Origin: a virus
IMG/VR virus record: IMGVR_UViG_3300002092_000035
Location: 1-64,000 of that record
Length of the DNA stretch: 64,000 nt
Reading direction: 5' to 3' (one strand)
Shown here piece by piece: positions 47,224-56,149 of this stretch. The notes beneath the pieces are model-generated. The model was given only the letters and a program-made list of their open reading frames with translations. It searched no databases and had not been told where the DNA came from. The stretch's first letter is position 1. Each line of letters starts with the position of its first letter. The translations under genes were made by a program, and so were the position numbers.

Positions 47224-47832
47224 ATGCCGTCAGTTTACCTCTATTCAGATCCGCACTTTGGCCACGCTGGCATCTGCCGGTTCATGGGTAAGGATGGTGT
47301 GACGAAGCTGCGTCCTTGGGATGATACCCAAGAGATGGATGATGAACTGGTCAGGCGATTCAACGACACGGTCAAGCCGAACGATAAGGTATATTTCTTA
47401 GGAGATGTAGCTATCAATCGTAAGGCTCTGGCTACAGTGCTGCGTCTGAATGGTGACAAGGTTCTGGTCCGCGGTAATCATGATATCTTCAAGGATAAGG
47501 ATTACACCGATGTTGGATTCCGATCACTGAGGTCTTATCATGTGATGAACGGCATGATCCTGAGTCACATACCCATTCATGATGCGAGTATGGGTCGTTT
47601 CGGAACTAACATTCACGGCCATCTGCATGACGGTCGGGTGAAGAAGGCTACCGGTGTCAATGTTGATACAGGTCAGGTTCTGTACGGTGACGATATTGAT
47701 CCGCGATACTTCTGTGTCTGCGTGGAGAATACCGACTTTGCCCCTATTCTGTTTGAAAATGCTATCAAGCGTATTGAAGCAGAAGGTGGAACAATCGGCT
47801 TTAAGAACGGCAACGGTCCATCAGCAATGTAA
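47224..47832 (+). CDS. calcineurin-like metallophosphoesterase
   Basis: DPH, GD, GNHD, H, GHLH. Confidence 0.9.
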   Translation: MPSVYLYSDPHFGHAGICRFMGKDGVTKLRPWDDTQEMDDELVRRFNDTVKPNDKVYFLGDVAINRKALATVLRLNGDKVLVRGNHDIFKDKDYTDVGFRSLRSYHVMNGMILSHIPIHDASMGRFGTNIHGHLHDGRVKKATGVNVDTGQVLYGDDIDPRYFCVCVENTDFAPILFENAIKRIEAEGGTIGFKNGNGPSAM

Positions 47833-47843
47833 AGGGTTGAGTA

Positions 47844-48260
47844 ATGGAAGAAATTCTAGACGCGGAATATATCCGCGATGAACTAAACAAATTCTTTGAA
47901 TATATCAAACCGAGCAAAAACGACATGCATTATCCTCTCTCTAACTATGAACAACTAAAACAACTAAGGTCAAAGACCGAAATCCTTGAAAAGGTTCTAG
48001 ATTACGCGATCAGGGCCCTTGAAAAGGGCATTACCCTTGATCAGTTATTGGCGAAAAACAAGACGGTCAGGACCTGGTATGACGCAGATATCCAATCTCG
48101 TGCAGCACAATCAGAGGCCGCAATAAAAGAGGCTGCTCGTGCAGCTAAGTTTGCTGAAAAGAAGCGATTAGCAGAGGAAGCCCGTGCTGCTGTTATGGCA
48201 AAAATGACGCCGGAAGAAATTGAGGCATTTGGCCTAAACAAGAAGCGAGCAAAGAAGTGA
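47844..48260 (+). CDS. hypothetical protein
   Basis: Helical ORF. Confidence 0.6.
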   Translation: MEEILDAEYIRDELNKFFEYIKPSKNDMHYPLSNYEQLKQLRSKTEILEKVLDYAIRALEKGITLDQLLAKNKTVRTWYDADIQSRAAQSEAAIKEAARAAKFAEKKRLAEEARAAVMAKMTPEEIEAFGLNKKRAKK

Positions 48261-48583
48261 GCGAAGAACTAAACATTGAACCTGAAGTTTACGCAGAAAT
48301 CCTGCGTAACACTGACAAGAAGAACTATATGGCAGCAGTTGATCGTATCACCCGCAAGGTTATAGTTTCTTTGGTTAAGTCTGGCCATGCTTCCTTCTTA
48401 TTCCTTGCGGATGATGAGGTTCGCGAGTACTGGGCAAAGCTGGCTAAGAATGCTGCTACTACAGTCGCACGGCGTAAGAAAGCACGAGAAATGTATGCTA
48501 CCAAGATCAACGCTTGGAATCGCCTGAGCGAAGCGGATCGCAAGACTCTCGGTTTGCGAAAGCCGATCGCGCCTAGGGATTGA
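48257..48583 (+). CDS. hypothetical protein
   Basis: C-terminus resembles that of 47844 (LSEADRKTLGL vs MTPEEIEAFGL). Confidence 0.6.
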   Translation: MSEELNIEPEVYAEILRNTDKKNYMAAVDRITRKVIVSLVKSGHASFLFLADDEVREYWAKLAKNAATTVARRKKAREMYATKINAWNRLSEADRKTLGLRKPIAPRD

Positions 48584-48620
48584 CGCATAGACCGAAAATC
48601 CTAGCACAGGTGGTAAATAC

Positions 48621-48875
48621 ATGGAAGAGATAGAGACATCCTTAGATGATTATTACATCACTTCTGGAATGCAATTGGTCGCCGACCTGGTCGGTTGGAT
48701 CAAAGTCGGCACCCATTTGCCTACTGGTGAGGTTTTGTATCTGCTTAGGCCTGAAATTGCAAGGTGGGTAGAAACACACCCGGCTCATCTTTGGTCTAAG
48801 CAGTCTAAACGTTTTATTGCACCATATACGATCAACGAAGAATTGTTATCTTGGATGATTTTGAAATGGCGATAA
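48621..48875 (+). CDS. paralog array member 1
   Basis: Ends SWMILKWR. Confidence 0.65.
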   Translation: MEEIETSLDDYYITSGMQLVADLVGWIKVGTHLPTGEVLYLLRPEIARWVETHPAHLWSKQSKRFIAPYTINEELLSWMILKWR

Positions 48876-48878
48876 CAG

Positions 48879-49157
48879 GTGAAAAATGCAAAAATAAGAA
48901 GAGTAATGATTATGGATAGGTATAGCGAACCAAAGCTAGAATTTAGACCAGCATCTAATCACCCGTTGGCTTTGGAGTATGCACTAGCTTATTATCCGGG
49001 TTGTTTTACTCCTACTGGATTAAGCGACTATCATACAAAAGAAGTCAAACAATGGTGCAAAGACAATAATTGTGGGGCGGTTGATTATTCTTATCCATAC
49101 ACTATCACTTTTCGTGATGAAAAAGAATTGGTTTGGTTTCTGATGAGGTGGACATGA
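48879..49157 (+). CDS. paralog array member 2
   Basis: Ends FRDEKELVWFLMRWT. Confidence 0.7.
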   Translation: MKNAKIRRVMIMDRYSEPKLEFRPASNHPLALEYALAYYPGCFTPTGLSDYHTKEVKQWCKDNNCGAVDYSYPYTITFRDEKELVWFLMRWT

Positions 49158-49471
49158 GTATGACATTAAGTAGAAAGATTGCACTAAACTCTACCTTTGG
49201 TCGCTTGGCAGAACATGACGCACCAAAGTTTAGGTGGCGTGATGGACATCCTGCAGGATACACGGATGATCTTGGCATCATTGCGGACCGTAACCAATGG
49301 GTAGATGCAGTGTCTTCTGGGTGGGTTTCCAATATCCAGCTGCACCAGGTCGAACCAATCCGAGAATGGTGTACACAGAATCTAAAGCACGGTTGCTGGC
49401 AGGTCGGCTTCTACTCTATATTTCTGAAAAATGAAAAAGATGTCGCTTGGTTTCTGTTGAGGTGGTCATGA
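49154..49471 (+). CDS. paralog array member 3
   Basis: N-terminal RKIALNSTFG; ends EKDVAWFLLRWS. Confidence 0.7.
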   Translation: MSMTLSRKIALNSTFGRLAEHDAPKFRWRDGHPAGYTDDLGIIADRNQWVDAVSSGWVSNIQLHQVEPIREWCTQNLKHGCWQVGFYSIFLKNEKDVAWFLLRWS

Positions 49472-49677
49472 CAACCTTTAAGTCAAATGGATATATGATG
49501 ACTGTTCCGGTGCTTCATCGGGCATATTATTCACCTAAGGAAGATTGGACCGCCGTTTATAGATGGTGTAAAGAAAACTGTAAAGGTAGGTGCTATACTA
49601 GTCCAAGTTGGGCCGGATACTTTGTTGAGTTTGAAGACGATGAAGACATGGTATGGTTTGGATTGAGGTGGTCATGA
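49468..49677 (+). CDS. paralog array member 4
   Basis: Ends FEDDEDMVWFGLRWS. Confidence 0.7.
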   Translation: MTTFKSNGYMMTVPVLHRAYYSPKEDWTAVYRWCKENCKGRCYTSPSWAGYFVEFEDDEDMVWFGLRWS

Positions 49678-49928
49678 CCACCCTAATCGCATACAACGAC
49701 TCGTTTATTTTTGAACGCAAAAGGGTTCAACGCCGCAAAGGTGGTTGCAGGAACATGTATGTGATCTCACTCAAATCATTCAGCGTTGCATCTAGTGAAA
49801 GAGCAGAAATACGAAAGACCATAAAAACCTTAAAGGGAACATTCATACATTCAATGTACTGGTCTGCTTCATTTCGCAAGCGAGAAGATGCTGAAAAGGC
49901 ATGGGTGTATCTGGCTTTGAAGTGGTAA
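49674..49928 (+). CDS. paralog array member 5
   Basis: Ends AWVYLALKW. Confidence 0.65.
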   Translation: MTTLIAYNDSFIFERKRVQRRKGGCRNMYVISLKSFSVASSERAEIRKTIKTLKGTFIHSMYWSASFRKREDAEKAWVYLALKW

Positions 49929-50146
49929 TGGTGAAAATTCGTATCAACCTGCGAGAACGAATGCCGGTATATCTAGAAAATTGGACACTCGCACACAATA
50001 TCCATCACGCTAAGTGGAAATATGTGGTGAGCAAGTTCGCCGCAACCACAAATGGAAAAATAGAGGGGCCCTATGGTTCACCGATATATTATCTAGTTTT
50101 TGAGGACGATAAGGACGCAACCTGGTTTTTATTGAAATGGTCATGA
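49928..50146 (+). CDS. paralog array member 6
   Basis: Ends FEDDKDATWFLLKWS. Confidence 0.7.
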   Translation: MVKIRINLRERMPVYLENWTLAHNIHHAKWKYVVSKFAATTNGKIEGPYGSPIYYLVFEDDKDATWFLLKWS

Positions 50147-50487
50147 ACACGAACGCTAAAGTCATTATATCGTTAATCAAACGGACCAGTGCTGCATCGC
50201 TTGCAGCACAAATAGCAGGTGTGCAGCCCATGACTGGTCCAGTTGGGCAAATCTTTGGGCTAAGACCTAGTATCCGCCAGAGAATTAAACCAGAGTTTCT
50301 CTACAATTCATGTCCCCGTGCAGGATATTATTCTAAGGTTGATCCAGAAGACTTTGTGGGAATATACGATTGGTGCAATAAGAATTTTGAAAATGAATTT
50401 TGGAACACACTGATTGACGAACACGGATACGAGGTTTTCCTTCAGAACGAGAAGGATGTTACCTGGTTTCTGATGAGGTGGTTATGA
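50143..50487 (+). CDS. paralog array member 7 with capsid-like N-terminal peptide
   Basis: ISLIKR..QIAGVQPMTGPVGQIF; ends EKDVTWFLMRWL. Confidence 0.7.
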   Translation: MNTNAKVIISLIKRTSAASLAAQIAGVQPMTGPVGQIFGLRPSIRQRIKPEFLYNSCPRAGYYSKVDPEDFVGIYDWCNKNFENEFWNTLIDEHGYEVFLQNEKDVTWFLMRWL

Positions 50488-50781
50488 GAATCATAGATGC
50501 GTTTATCAATTGGAATGATCGCTATAATCCATTCTGTATTGTCGTAAATTGGATAACAAGAAAATTGTTATTGTAAAAACATACTTGACATTATGTTAAA
50601 AGTAGTATATTATTACGATAATGAGTAGAAACACTAAAGAAATTATACTACTACTATGGTTTCTAACGTTCGCTTTTTTGTTGTGGATATTTTTTCTGAC
50701 TGTGGTGCTTGTATCACGAATTCTATTCGCGATAGACAAAATGCTCATCACAAACAGAAAACTATTTAAGAGGATCAGACG

Positions 50782-51234
50782 ATGGATACGACCTGGACAT
50801 TGAGATTACAAGAAGATCCTGAGACCGGTGAGTCTATCGTAGAATTTCCTCCTGAACTACTAGAGAGCATGGGATGGAAAGAAGGCGACACCTTTGTCTG
50901 GGAGATAGGGGAAGAAGGAGAAATCATATTGAGCAAGACTGACGAAACCGAATGGGTTCTTGTTGAGACTCTTTCGCAGTTCAAGACTAGCTATCTAGTT
51001 GAAGTGCCTAAAGGCAAAACAGAATATGCACTTGATACAGTAACTATGGAAGATGCTAAAGAGTTTAGTTCAGAGCACCTGCGACCTACTGATATCGTCA
51101 TCAACCATCGTATCGTCACTAAAGAAGAAGCATTAGCATTGTGTGATGAACGCAATCCATACGGTGCTTCTTGGGACGAAGAGACTAAGTTCAAGAACTT
51201 TTTCACAACTTGGAAAGAACAAAGCAATGACTGA
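50782..51234 (+). CDS. AbrB/MazE-like domain protein
   Basis: FPPELLESMGWKEGD. Confidence 0.7.
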   Translation: MDTTWTLRLQEDPETGESIVEFPPELLESMGWKEGDTFVWEIGEEGEIILSKTDETEWVLVETLSQFKTSYLVEVPKGKTEYALDTVTMEDAKEFSSEHLRPTDIVINHRIVTKEEALALCDERNPYGASWDEETKFKNFFTTWKEQSND

Positions 51235-51538
51235 CGTAGCAGAATACGTTTATGATGATATGACTGATGATGAGTTGAAGCACTTCGGTCCGTGGCTAAA
51301 AGAGATGCTAAAGATGGGATCGGTCACTGTTACCTTTACTAAGAAGGATGGCACCGAGCGTGTTATGGAATGCACATTGCAGCCTGAACTATTGCCTCCT
51401 GTCGTAGTGACAGAAGACGTAGAGCCAAAGAGGCAGAAGGCTGCTAATGAAGATGTCATGGCTGTATATGATTTGGAATCAAAAGGCTGGCGTAGCTTCA
51501 CGGTTCGTTCAGTGAAGAGACTAGTTTTTGATCTTTAA
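51227..51538 (+). CDS. SH3/Sm-like (WYL_2-type) protein
   Basis: VTFTKKDGTERVMECTL..VYDL...WRSF. Confidence 0.75.
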   Translation: MTDVAEYVYDDMTDDELKHFGPWLKEMLKMGSVTVTFTKKDGTERVMECTLQPELLPPVVVTEDVEPKRQKAANEDVMAVYDLESKGWRSFTVRSVKRLVFDL

Positions 51539-51820
51539 TATAAGTATTTAATAACAAGTTCAATGAGATAAGTAATATGTTGGGCATGAGAAAACCCGAC
51601 AAAAGAACCAATATTTCGCAAGTTATATTGATTCTTTAATTAGCTGACTTTCAGTTAATTGCCACTCGGCTACCTATAGAAAGGTATTTAAGCCGTATCC
51701 TAGATACGGCTTTACCATTTGTAGCAATCTGAGCGGAAGAGCTACTCTAAAGATGGATAGGAGTTCTTCGGAACACTAACCCCCTATCAGATCGCAGGGC
51801 GGCCCAATTAAGGAAATAGG

Positions 51821-52372
51821 ATGGTTTCTCAACTATCGGCTGTTAATTCGGCCAAAACATGGAAAGTGCTGATTGCCGCACTTTTTGTGACACTACTATG
51901 GCAAACACCTACTAAAGCACAAGACACACAGACAGTAGAATATAGAAATGCTAAATTTTTATCAATCATTGATATTGGTGAAAAAATTGAATACAATGAA
52001 AAAGACTTGATGTGTCTGGCGAAAAATATATACTATGAAGCCGGTGCTGAGGCTCTAACAGGCAGACTCGCAGTTGCCCAAGTCACACTAAATCGTACGG
52101 TACATCCAAAATTTAAAGGAACCATTTGTTCGGTTGTGATGGCACCGCATCAATTCTCCTGGACAGCCGAAAAAAATAAACGACAACATGTTCCTACCGG
52201 CACCAAATGGGAGTTGAGCCTAGCCACTGCTCAACAATTTCTTAATGGCAGTAGAATCAACGGAATGGAAGAAGCTATCTATTTCCATGAAAAAAGGATA
52301 AATCCTAACTGGAAAAGATTAGTAAAAGTAGCACAGATAGGTGGTCACATCTTTTTTAAAGAAAATGGATAA
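51821..52372 (+). CDS. cell wall hydrolase (SleB/Hydrolase_2)
   Basis: CLAKNIYYEAG, AVAQVTLNR, QFSW, GGHIFF. Confidence 0.9.
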   Translation: MVSQLSAVNSAKTWKVLIAALFVTLLWQTPTKAQDTQTVEYRNAKFLSIIDIGEKIEYNEKDLMCLAKNIYYEAGAEALTGRLAVAQVTLNRTVHPKFKGTICSVVMAPHQFSWTAEKNKRQHVPTGTKWELSLATAQQFLNGSRINGMEEAIYFHEKRINPNWKRLVKVAQIGGHIFFKENG

Positions 52373-52623
52373 AAAAGGTTGACAACCATAACCCTATTTG
52401 CTATATTAATAATAGAGCAAGAATTGTCTTAGCTCATTTTTCGAGGACTTACTATGCACACTTGGTGGCTTTTGATTCGTAATGATTTTGGCTCTCCTAT
52501 GCGTATTACTGTGCAAGCAGATAACGCATACCTAGCTTATCAACAAGCTAGGGCTATCTACGGTGATCGGTTGATCACTGAAAATGCAAATAAGTGCTAA
52601 TTGGCTCAAATTAAGGAAACTGG

Positions 52624-52980
52624 ATGACTACGCAAACTTTTACGGTTGTTGGTATTACACTACATAACGGTAATTCTAAGGTCCGATTTACGGATGACAT
52701 GGTCCGGCGTGTGAAGCAATTTGCTAAGGGTGGCGCTTCCCGGATTGATTTTATCACCCTTCCGACAGCGATGACTAAGATTGATGCACTCAACTATATG
52801 ACAACGCATCCTTCTTTCCAGTCTCCTGATGATCAAGCGACGATCAGTGAAACTCTTTACGAGAAGGAAAAGGAATCTCGTAAGGGTGAAGTGAAGGTTA
52901 AGCCTTCTCTTGCTGATATCGCTGCTCGTGCCCGTAAGGATGTCACCGTTAATGATATTCTGGAAACCGTCAACAGCTAA
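52624..52980 (+). CDS. hypothetical protein
   Basis: AGGA RBS. Confidence 0.65.
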   Translation: MTTQTFTVVGITLHNGNSKVRFTDDMVRRVKQFAKGGASRIDFITLPTAMTKIDALNYMTTHPSFQSPDDQATISETLYEKEKESRKGEVKVKPSLADIAARARKDVTVNDILETVNS

Positions 52981-52990
52981 GGATGATTAG

Positions 52991-53016
52991 AAAAGAGCCC
53001 CTTTTGGGGCTCTTTT
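52991..53016. terminator. bidirectional terminator
   Basis: AAAAGAGCCCC-TTTT-GGGGCTCTTTT between convergent blocks. Confidence 0.85.
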
Positions 53017-53021
53017 CCATA

Positions 53022-53813
53022 TTAGGTCGGATTGCTGATTGTCTGGATTACCCAGAAGTCGCTACTCAGTTGTGGGTTTTGGATAATTCCATATGGCATA
53101 TAAAAGTATCCGTTATCTCCCCAAGACGGACCCCAGCTGTTACGAACAATGAATCTCTGCTTAGAGTCGTTGTATCCTACGATGCATACTGCGTGTCCGC
53201 CTAGTAGTTGTTCTCTATGCACATCGGGCATAGGCATGATTCCCATGCTAGAAACGGCCGGGCTCTCAAAGCTGCTGTAGACGCTAAACCCGATAACAAC
53301 AGGATATCCCGAAGCAAGTGCATCTTTCACCGCATTAAAATCGGCTGCATTTTGATACTTAGTGATCTTTCTTTTAGCAGCATCTGCTAATGCTTCTGCT
53401 GAAGGAGCAGTTTTGAATTTGTTGATATGATATGGCCATAGCTTTTCTAGTGGTGCACCGTATGTATATCCTACTTTGATACCGTCACGAATCTGTGCTC
53501 CGGCATCTTTATTAACGGTTCCTTCCATCAATCTCTCGTAGTAATATATGAAGAGCCGGCTAATTTCCGTCTTTGTCTTGTAATTCTTGCGGTCCATTAG
53601 TTCAATCGCACCTGCGATTGCATTACCGGTGCAGGAACCTAAGCTACCTTGGTCATCTACTGGACTAGCCCATTGACGGAGATCAACTACGGGAGGGAGT
53701 GGTTTACCGGCTAGTGTATACTTCAAGTCTCTCTTGTCTGGGGTGTCTTTTACCCAGTGATATTTTGGTCTCTTAAGCTCAACTAGCATATCTTCAGTTA
53801 GTTGTTCAATCAT
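53022..53813 (-). CDS. papain-family (C1A) cysteine peptidase
   Basis: DQGSLGSCT, GGHAV, VRNSWG. Confidence 0.92.
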   Translation of the reverse strand: MIEQLTEDMLVELKRPKYHWVKDTPDKRDLKYTLAGKPLPPVVDLRQWASPVDDQGSLGSCTGNAIAGAIELMDRKNYKTKTEISRLFIYYYERLMEGTVNKDAGAQIRDGIKVGYTYGAPLEKLWPYHINKFKTAPSAEALADAAKRKITKYQNAADFNAVKDALASGYPVVIGFSVYSSFESPAVSSMGIMPMPDVHREQLLGGHAVCIVGYNDSKQRFIVRNSWGPSWGDNGYFYMPYGIIQNPQLSSDFWVIQTISNPT

Positions 53814-53918
53814 ATTATTTCTCCATTTTCTCGTTATTATTTATTGAGAAGGGGAAGACTAAAATATACGATTAGTATGGAAATGGTTGCATAGCTGAAA
53901 TCATGATTTATTTTTTAA

Positions 53919-54572
53919 TCATAATGTACAGGCGTTGAAGCCGGTTGGTGTAGAATATGTGTTCTGTGACAACTTTCTGAACATCCCGTTCAAACTACAG
54001 CCACCGCTTGAAGCAGACATCAATATAAATTGTAGCGACCCGGTACCTGGGATAGCAGTACCAGCAGAACTTACAGGATCCAGATACCAGTTAGAATTTC
54101 TTCCTAACCAAAATGTGTTAGCAGTTGCATCGTATGCAACTCGCATGATGTCGCCTGGCGCAAAGCCTCCGAGACTGGCTCCGCCAGTCATCCCACCATA
54201 CCCGTCGCCATTAGCTAGGTAAATACTAGGAACATTTGCATATCCACCTGGACTACTACTTCTGCACATTCCATATAATGTATACGGTAACCCGCCGCCT
54301 ATGTATTCTACTTCAAAGTAAAAACTATTTCCTTCGGATAAAGCAATTGTTCTTGCACCGTCGCTGCCGCCTTGGATTCCACCATATACCATGTTCCATG
54401 CACCAGTTCCACCGTTCGTTATAGTAGTGTAATCGGTGCCGGTAGCCCAACCTTGCACTATATAGGCCGCGTCAGCGACAGGCACGATACCCGTTACTGC
54501 AGGGGTACCACTTTCAATTGATATTCCACCACCCGAAAAGTTTAGTCCGCCACCCGAGATTGTAATAGTCAT
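53919..54572 (-). CDS. SPRY/B30.2-like lectin-fold virion protein
   Basis: FYFEVE..GD..VAYD..FWLGRN..W, PTGF end. Confidence 0.65.
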   Translation of the reverse strand: MTITISGGGLNFSGGGISIESGTPAVTGIVPVADAAYIVQGWATGTDYTTITNGGTGAWNMVYGGIQGGSDGARTIALSEGNSFYFEVEYIGGGLPYTLYGMCRSSSPGGYANVPSIYLANGDGYGGMTGGASLGGFAPGDIMRVAYDATANTFWLGRNSNWYLDPVSSAGTAIPGTGSLQFILMSASSGGCSLNGMFRKLSQNTYSTPTGFNACTL

Positions 54573-54591
54573 GTTATTTCCTTTATATTAA

Positions 54592-55329
54592 TTATAGACC
54601 GAATCGTGCTTTATTGTTATTCCAGTTTGTTGTTACACCGGTTGATGATAAAGCACCTTGGTATATTTGTATAATGGACAGGTTACCGCCCCAGTATTCT
54701 GCATTATCCCAACGCCTCATTAAGTTGATTCCACCTTGACTTGATATCGGTGCACCTCCTACTGCTGTAGTCTGTCCAACCAATGTATTGTTGACATATA
54801 ATTTAACTGTTGTGCCATCAAAGGTGCCTACGATTTGATACCAATTTCCTGCTGTTAATGTATATCCGCCGGGGGTTATTTGAAACCCTCCATTGAAGTA
54901 TCCTGCTTCTAAATTAGTAGTACTACTATCTAAAGCACCCAAGAAGTAATTGATTTCTCCGGTACTACCAGGATATAATTCAGTAACGATGCAAGGGCTT
55001 GCTCCGGTATTAGTACCAGTATAATAATGCCATGCTTCAACTGACCATGTACTTAAGCTAGCCAAACTAGAAGAACATTGTGCATATTGTCCTGCTCCGG
55101 GATCAAAAACCAAACTACCGCCGTTGCCACTATTATATGTTGGGCTGTTAACGAGAGTGAATGGCATTGAACCAATCGTGTCAGTCCATGTTGCACCTGA
55201 TCCAGGATAGCTTGCAGGGTTTCCAGCATCTAAACTCAATACTAAGTTTGCAATTGGTCCGCCGCCGGACCCTATGCCGATACCGGGTCCTATTTGTATT
55301 CCTGGTCCTATTGTTAGTGGTGCTACCAT
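54592..55329 (-). CDS. LamG/concanavalin-like virion protein
   Basis: LDAGNPASYPGSG..W.D; WYQIVGTFDG..LYVN. Confidence 0.8.
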   Translation of the reverse strand: MVAPLTIGPGIQIGPGIGIGSGGGPIANLVLSLDAGNPASYPGSGATWTDTIGSMPFTLVNSPTYNSGNGGSLVFDPGAGQYAQCSSSLASLSTWSVEAWHYYTGTNTGASPCIVTELYPGSTGEINYFLGALDSSTTNLEAGYFNGGFQITPGGYTLTAGNWYQIVGTFDGTTVKLYVNNTLVGQTTAVGGAPISSQGGINLMRRWDNAEYWGGNLSIIQIYQGALSSTGVTTNWNNNKARFGL

Positions 55330-55350
55330 GTTTTTATTCCTTAAAAATAA

Positions 55351-56109
55351 TTATAGTCCGTATCTTGCTTTTACTGCAACAAAGTTTTGATTTATTTCAG
55401 CTGGGTTAAGGGCACGATTATATATTAACACTTGTCCTATATTGCCCCTTAAGTAATTTCCAAAGCCAGGAAAATCTACGCCAATAAGTACATCAGAATT
55501 ATTACCTAAGTAACCTGTGCCTATTGTTTGACTAATCTGTTGTACTCCGTTATACCAAATACTGCGAGTTGTAGTATCCCATTCAACTACTACGTTCATC
55601 CAGTTAGTGCTAGGACTGCTAGGGGTCCAAGATGTAGTAACTAAATCAGCAGGGTCACTAGGTTCACGAAACCAAGCATTAAACAAGTACCCTGTTGATG
55701 ATGCACCAAATGCATTGAGGTTGCGATAAGTAGGAGTGCTTCCTATGTTTACCATTGTAAGATTGTTGGCGCCGGGCCATCCTGTAGGAATTTGTACCCA
55801 AGTACTGATAGTATAAGGGTTAGAGCCAAAGGGAATATTTGTAGGGCTGGTTTTTTCAAAGTATCCAGTAGCCCCGGTGCTAAAGTAACCACCGCCTGAA
55901 TTGGTATATGAAATATCACCTGAGTTCTGCATAGCAACATTATTGCCGTTGCCTGAAAGATCATACCAGGTAGTACCTGATCCAGAGTAACTAGCGGCAT
56001 CCGCCGCGTCTAAGTATAATTGTAAATTAGTTGATACGATTGGCACTGCACCAAATGTAATGCCACCGCCTATGTTGATTCCTGGTCCTATTGTTAATGG
56101 TGCTGCCAT
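55351..56109 (-). CDS. LamG/concanavalin-like virion protein
   Basis: LDAADAASYSGSGTTWYDLSG..IYNRAL. Confidence 0.8.
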   Translation of the reverse strand: MAAPLTIGPGINIGGGITFGAVPIVSTNLQLYLDAADAASYSGSGTTWYDLSGNGNNVAMQNSGDISYTNSGGGYFSTGATGYFEKTSPTNIPFGSNPYTISTWVQIPTGWPGANNLTMVNIGSTPTYRNLNAFGASSTGYLFNAWFREPSDPADLVTTSWTPSSPSTNWMNVVVEWDTTTRSIWYNGVQQISQTIGTGYLGNNSDVLIGVDFPGFGNYLRGNIGQVLIYNRALNPAEINQNFVAVKARYGL

Positions 56110-56149
56110 ATTATATTTCCTTTATTTTATTTAGTCTATGATATAACTG

